From Candidatus Saccharimonadia bacterium (GTDB taxonomy: Bacteria > Patescibacteriota > SICC01), in the NCBI GenBank assembly GCA_025449535.1, contig JANWJF010000001.1, positions 369,344 to 419,135 of the forward strand: a DNA stretch of 49,792 bases, read 5' to 3'. The position numbers and the translations under genes were made by a program. The stretch's first letter is position 1. The number at the start of each line of letters is the position of its first letter. This document shows, one piece after another, positions 46,994-49,792 of the stretch. Below the pieces are notes generated by a model. It had not been told where the DNA came from, ran no database searches, and saw only the letters and a program-made list of their open reading frames with translations.

Positions 46994-48325
46994 ATGCAGA
47001 TTTCCCCGGACATCTTCCGCAGGTACGACATTCGAGGCGTCATCCCCCAGGATCTGGATGAGGGCGGTGCGGAACGGATCGGCCAGGCTTTCGTGCAGGT
47101 TATGGGCCCCGGACGAACAGTGGTCGGACACGACGTCAGACAGACCGGCGAATCCTTGAAACAGGCTTTGATCAAGGGCCTGACGAAAGCCGGGATGAGC
47201 GTAATCGATATTGGCGTCGTCTCGACCGACTGTTTCTATTTCGCCTGCGCTGAGACGGGACTGCCGGGACTGATGGTCACCGCCTCCCACAATCCGCCTG
47301 AGTACAACGGGTTCAAGATGGTCCGTAAAATTCCGGAGTTGCTAACCAGCGAAGAGATACAGAAAGCGGTCCAGGGCGATCCGTCCGCTGATACGGCCAC
47401 GCCGGGGACGGTGAAGGAGAAGGATTTCAATGACGCTTTCATCGAACGGATGCTTCAAATCATCCCACCTACGAAACTCAAGCCGCTCAAGGTCGTGGTT
47501 GATACCAGTAACGGCTCACAAGGAGCGTATTGGAAGAAGCTGGAGAAACGGCTGCCGATAACGCTGATTCCCCAGTACTTCGAACCGGACGGCACGTTCC
47601 CGAACCACGACAACGACATCATCCAGGAAGCAGCCCAGGAACCGCTTCGGGAACGGGTGGTCAAGGAGAAGGCTGACCTCGGACTCATCTTCGATCCGGA
47701 CGGAGACCGTTGTTTGGCCGTCGACGATCGCGGGAAGACGATCCCGGGAGACTTCCTTACCGCCCTATTGGCCGAGACGATGCTCAAGCGCCAGCCGGGC
47801 AGCACCATCGTCTATGACATCCGCGCCAGCGATGCAGTACCGGACCACGTCCGGGCACTCGGCGGCAAGCCGTTCGGCTGGAAGATCGGCCATTCCGTGA
47901 TCAAGCCGAAGATGGTCGAACACGATGCCGTGTTCGGTGGCGAAGTCTCCGGACACTTCTACTTCAAGGATTTTAATTTCGTAGATTGCGGCCTCCTGAC
48001 GGGCCTGACCCTGCTCGAATACGTCAGCGAACTCGACGGTCCGCTCTCCGGCAAGGTCAAGGAATTCGAATCCAAGTACTTCTTGTCCGGCGAGATCAAC
48101 TCCCAAGTCGCCGATCACGAAACGGTGCTGCGAAGGGTCAAGGAAACATACCGGGATGGCGAACTGAGCGAACTCGACGGCGTGGCCGTCCGGTATCCGA
48201 ATTGGCATTTCGTAGTCCGGACCGGCGCCAATCCTCCGGGGATCGTCCGTCTCACGCTCGAAGCGAACTCCCAGGAGCTGATGGAAGAAAAACGCGACGA
48301 AGTCCTCGCGTTGATTCGGACATAA
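46994..48325 (+). CDS. Phosphomannomutase/phosphoglucomutase (alpha-D-phosphohexomutase family)
   Basis: FRRYDIRGV, TASHNPPEYNGFK (active-site Ser), DPDGDRC (Mg loop) and GGEVSGH are present. I start at the ATG at 46994 (MQISPDIF) rather than 46949. Confidence 0.92.
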   Translation: MQISPDIFRRYDIRGVIPQDLDEGGAERIGQAFVQVMGPGRTVVGHDVRQTGESLKQALIKGLTKAGMSVIDIGVVSTDCFYFACAETGLPGLMVTASHNPPEYNGFKMVRKIPELLTSEEIQKAVQGDPSADTATPGTVKEKDFNDAFIERMLQIIPPTKLKPLKVVVDTSNGSQGAYWKKLEKRLPITLIPQYFEPDGTFPNHDNDIIQEAAQEPLRERVVKEKADLGLIFDPDGDRCLAVDDRGKTIPGDFLTALLAETMLKRQPGSTIVYDIRASDAVPDHVRALGGKPFGWKIGHSVIKPKMVEHDAVFGGEVSGHFYFKDFNFVDCGLLTGLTLLEYVSELDGPLSGKVKEFESKYFLSGEINSQVADHETVLRRVKETYRDGELSELDGVAVRYPNWHFVVRTGANPPGIVRLTLEANSQELMEEKRDEVLALIRT

Positions 48326-48368
48326 CGGGGTTCTAATCGACCGCCGCTTCGCGGTACCATAGCCCGGT

Positions 48369-49792
48369 ATGGCCAAAGCCAAGAAAGTCCAAACTTCCGC
48401 CGGTCTCGACTACGGGATCATCGGTAACTGCGAGACCGCCGCGCTGGTCAGCAAGGAAGCCAGCATCGACTGGTTCTGCTTTCCGCGGTTCGATTCGCCG
48501 TCCGCCTTCGGCCGCCTGCTCGATTCCAAGCAGGGCGGTTTCTTCTCGCTGAAGCCCGTCGGAGCCAAGTTCTGGTCCAAGCAGAGCTACCTCGAGGACA
48601 CCAACATCCTGGTGACCACGTTCGTCTCCGATGAGGCCGAGGTCGAGGTCACCGACTTCATGCCCATCTTCTCGGAACCGTACCGGACCCGTCCCCTGCA
48701 ACGGCTCTGCCGCCGGGTGAAGGTGGTCCGCGGCACGGCGGACGTGGAGATGATCATGGAGCCGGCCTTCGACTACGCGCGCACCGCACCCAAGTTCGAG
48801 TTCCGGAGCGGCGTCTGGCTGGCCCGCGGCGAGGGACAGACGTTCATCCTCTCCAGCAACGCCGTCCTGGTGGACGCCTACGACAAGAAGGCCGACCGGC
48901 TGGAGCGGACGTTCGCCCTGAAGGAGGGCGAGGTGATCGACTTCGTGCTCGGGTACCGGAAGAACCTCTTCGACGTCGGCCAGTTCGACGGCAACGTGGA
49001 CAACACCGACGTGCTGGAAAAGACGACCCACTTCTGGCGGCAGTGGCTCTGGAAGCTCGAGTACAACGGGCCGTACTTGGAACACGTGAAGCGCTCGGCA
49101 TTGGCTTTGAAGCTGCTCACCTACGCTCCCACCGGCGCGGTGGTCGCCGCGGCGACGACTTCGGTGCCGGAGGAAATCGGCACCAACCGGACCTGGGACT
49201 ACCGCTACTGCTGGCTCCGGGACGCCTCGTTCACCGTGGACGCGCTCTTCCGGGTCGGCCTGTTCGCCGAAGCGCTCGCCTTCATGCACTTCCTGCGCGA
49301 GGCGATCTCGCAGGGCGGACCGGAGATCCAGATCATGTACCGGGTCGACGGCGCTGAGGAGATGACCGAGCTCAAGCTCGACCACTTGGCCGGCTACAAG
49401 AACAGCGTCCCCGTGCGGATCGGCAACCGGGCGGCCAACCAGCTGCAGCTGGACGCCTTCGGCGAGGTGATCGACATCGCCGCGGTGGTCTTCGAGGAGA
49501 AGCACTACCTCTCGCCGGACATGTGGAGCACGTTGTCCGAGCTGGTCGAGGTGATCTGCAAGTTCTGGCGGGAACCGGACAACGGGATCTGGGAGCTGCA
49601 CGACGAGAAGTTCAAGCTCAACTACACCGCCTCCAAGGTACAGGCCTGGGTGGCGGTAGACCGAGGCGTCCGGCTGGCCAAGCGCATGAAGGACGACGAG
49701 AAGGCCAAGCGCTGGAGCAAGGTATGCGCGGAGATCAAGGACGACGTGATGACCCACGGTTGGAACAAGGAGAAGCAGGCGTTCACGATCGC
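48369..49792 (+). CDS. Glycoside hydrolase family 15 (glucoamylase/trehalase-like); 3-prime end beyond the window
   Basis: Hand translation from the ATG at 48369 gives MAKAKKVQTSAGLDYGIIGNCETAALVSKEASIDWFCFPRFDSPSAFGRLL... and later TSVPEEIGTNRTWDYRYCWLRDASF (GH15 signature). The frame is open to the window end. It is absent from the track because there is no stop. Confidence 0.9.
   Translation, partial: MAKAKKVQTSAGLDYGIIGNCETAALVSKEASIDWFCFPRFDSPSAFGRLLDSKQGGFFSLKPVGAKFWSKQSYLEDTNILVTTFVSDEAEVEVTDFMPIFSEPYRTRPLQRLCRRVKVVRGTADVEMIMEPAFDYARTAPKFEFRSGVWLARGEGQTFILSSNAVLVDAYDKKADRLERTFALKEGEVIDFVLGYRKNLFDVGQFDGNVDNTDVLEKTTHFWRQWLWKLEYNGPYLEHVKRSALALKLLTYAPTGAVVAAATTSVPEEIGTNRTWDYRYCWLRDASFTVDALFRVGLFAEALAFMHFLREAISQGGPEIQIMYRVDGAEEMTELKLDHLAGYKNSVPVRIGNRAANQLQLDAFGEVIDIAAVVFEEKHYLSPDMWSTLSELVEVICKFWREPDNGIWELHDEKFKLNYTASKVQAWVAVDRGVRLAKRMKDDEKAKRWSKVCAEIKDDVMTHGWNKEKQAFTI

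Noticed and set aside
48333-49757. 474-aa minus-strand ORF
   Set aside because: It is antisense to the GH15 gene, which carries the clear signatures GNCETAALV...DWFCFPRFDSPS and WDYRYCWLRDA on the plus strand. The plus-strand gene is missing from the track only because it has no stop in the window.
1-49792. Possible UGA recoding (genetic code 4 or 25), as seen in some candidate-phylum lineages
   Set aside because: TGA terminates several well-conserved genes at the expected lengths (dsbB-like, mutM, valS, PHP, BtpA-like) and takes part in ATGA coupling junctions. The standard code 11 fits the window. The single suspicious post-TGA frame at 40606 is reported as a finding instead.

Overview
This is a high-GC, tightly packed bacterial chromosomal segment. 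I estimate mid-60s % GC for core genes from hand counts of a few lines. I support 47 protein-coding genes and 5 tRNA genes. I saw no rRNA, CRISPR array, transposase or integrase.

Positions 1-22.5 kb are almost entirely minus-strand housekeeping genes: dsbA/dsbB-like, nfo, pnp, rpsO, truB, an NrnA-like DHH phosphoesterase, holA, mutM, a PHP phosphoesterase, polA, and a murE-like / VanX-like / FemAB-like cell-wall trio. Only rpsT is on the plus strand there. Positions 22.5-36 kb carry tsaD, a GT-C-like membrane protein, valS, a TPR protein, two membrane proteins, a GNAT, a SpoIID/LytB-like protein, a lone pilB/gspE ATPase and a secreted protein. Positions 36.3-44.2 kb are an accessory-looking stretch in which tRNA-Ser(TGA), Ser(GCT), Arg(GCG), Arg(CCG) and Ser(CGA) alternate with small cargo genes: an ATP-grasp-like protein, an HExxH+HTH protein, two GNATs, an MFS transporter, a cupin and hypotheticals. 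The window ends with a CBM+pilin-like protein, a BtpA-family protein, a phosphohexomutase and a partial GH15 hydrolase.

Gene content and style (short gaps, ATGA overlaps, pilin-like RDxxRxxDL motif, FemAB/Lys-type wall, no rbfA) resemble a monoderm, Patescibacteria-like lineage. That taxonomic reading is inference only.

The observations most worth following up are:
- a 684-696 aa protein with three tandem DnaA-domain-IV-like HTH modules, wedged between polA and a PHP gene;
- an in-frame double-palindrome insertion inside the essential tsaD gene;
- three tRNA-Ser genes, each abutted within 4-5 nt by the stop codon of a convergent ORF;
- a duplicated, synonymously recoded SRWIRL-stop tail lying in frame just after the TGA stop of a GNAT gene;
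- a recurrent TTGACA-N17 promoter with an AAAAGTGnTA extended -10;
- many -10 boxes only 6-12 nt from start codons, which suggests leaderless mRNAs.

All calls come from hand translation and motif recognition. No database search was run.
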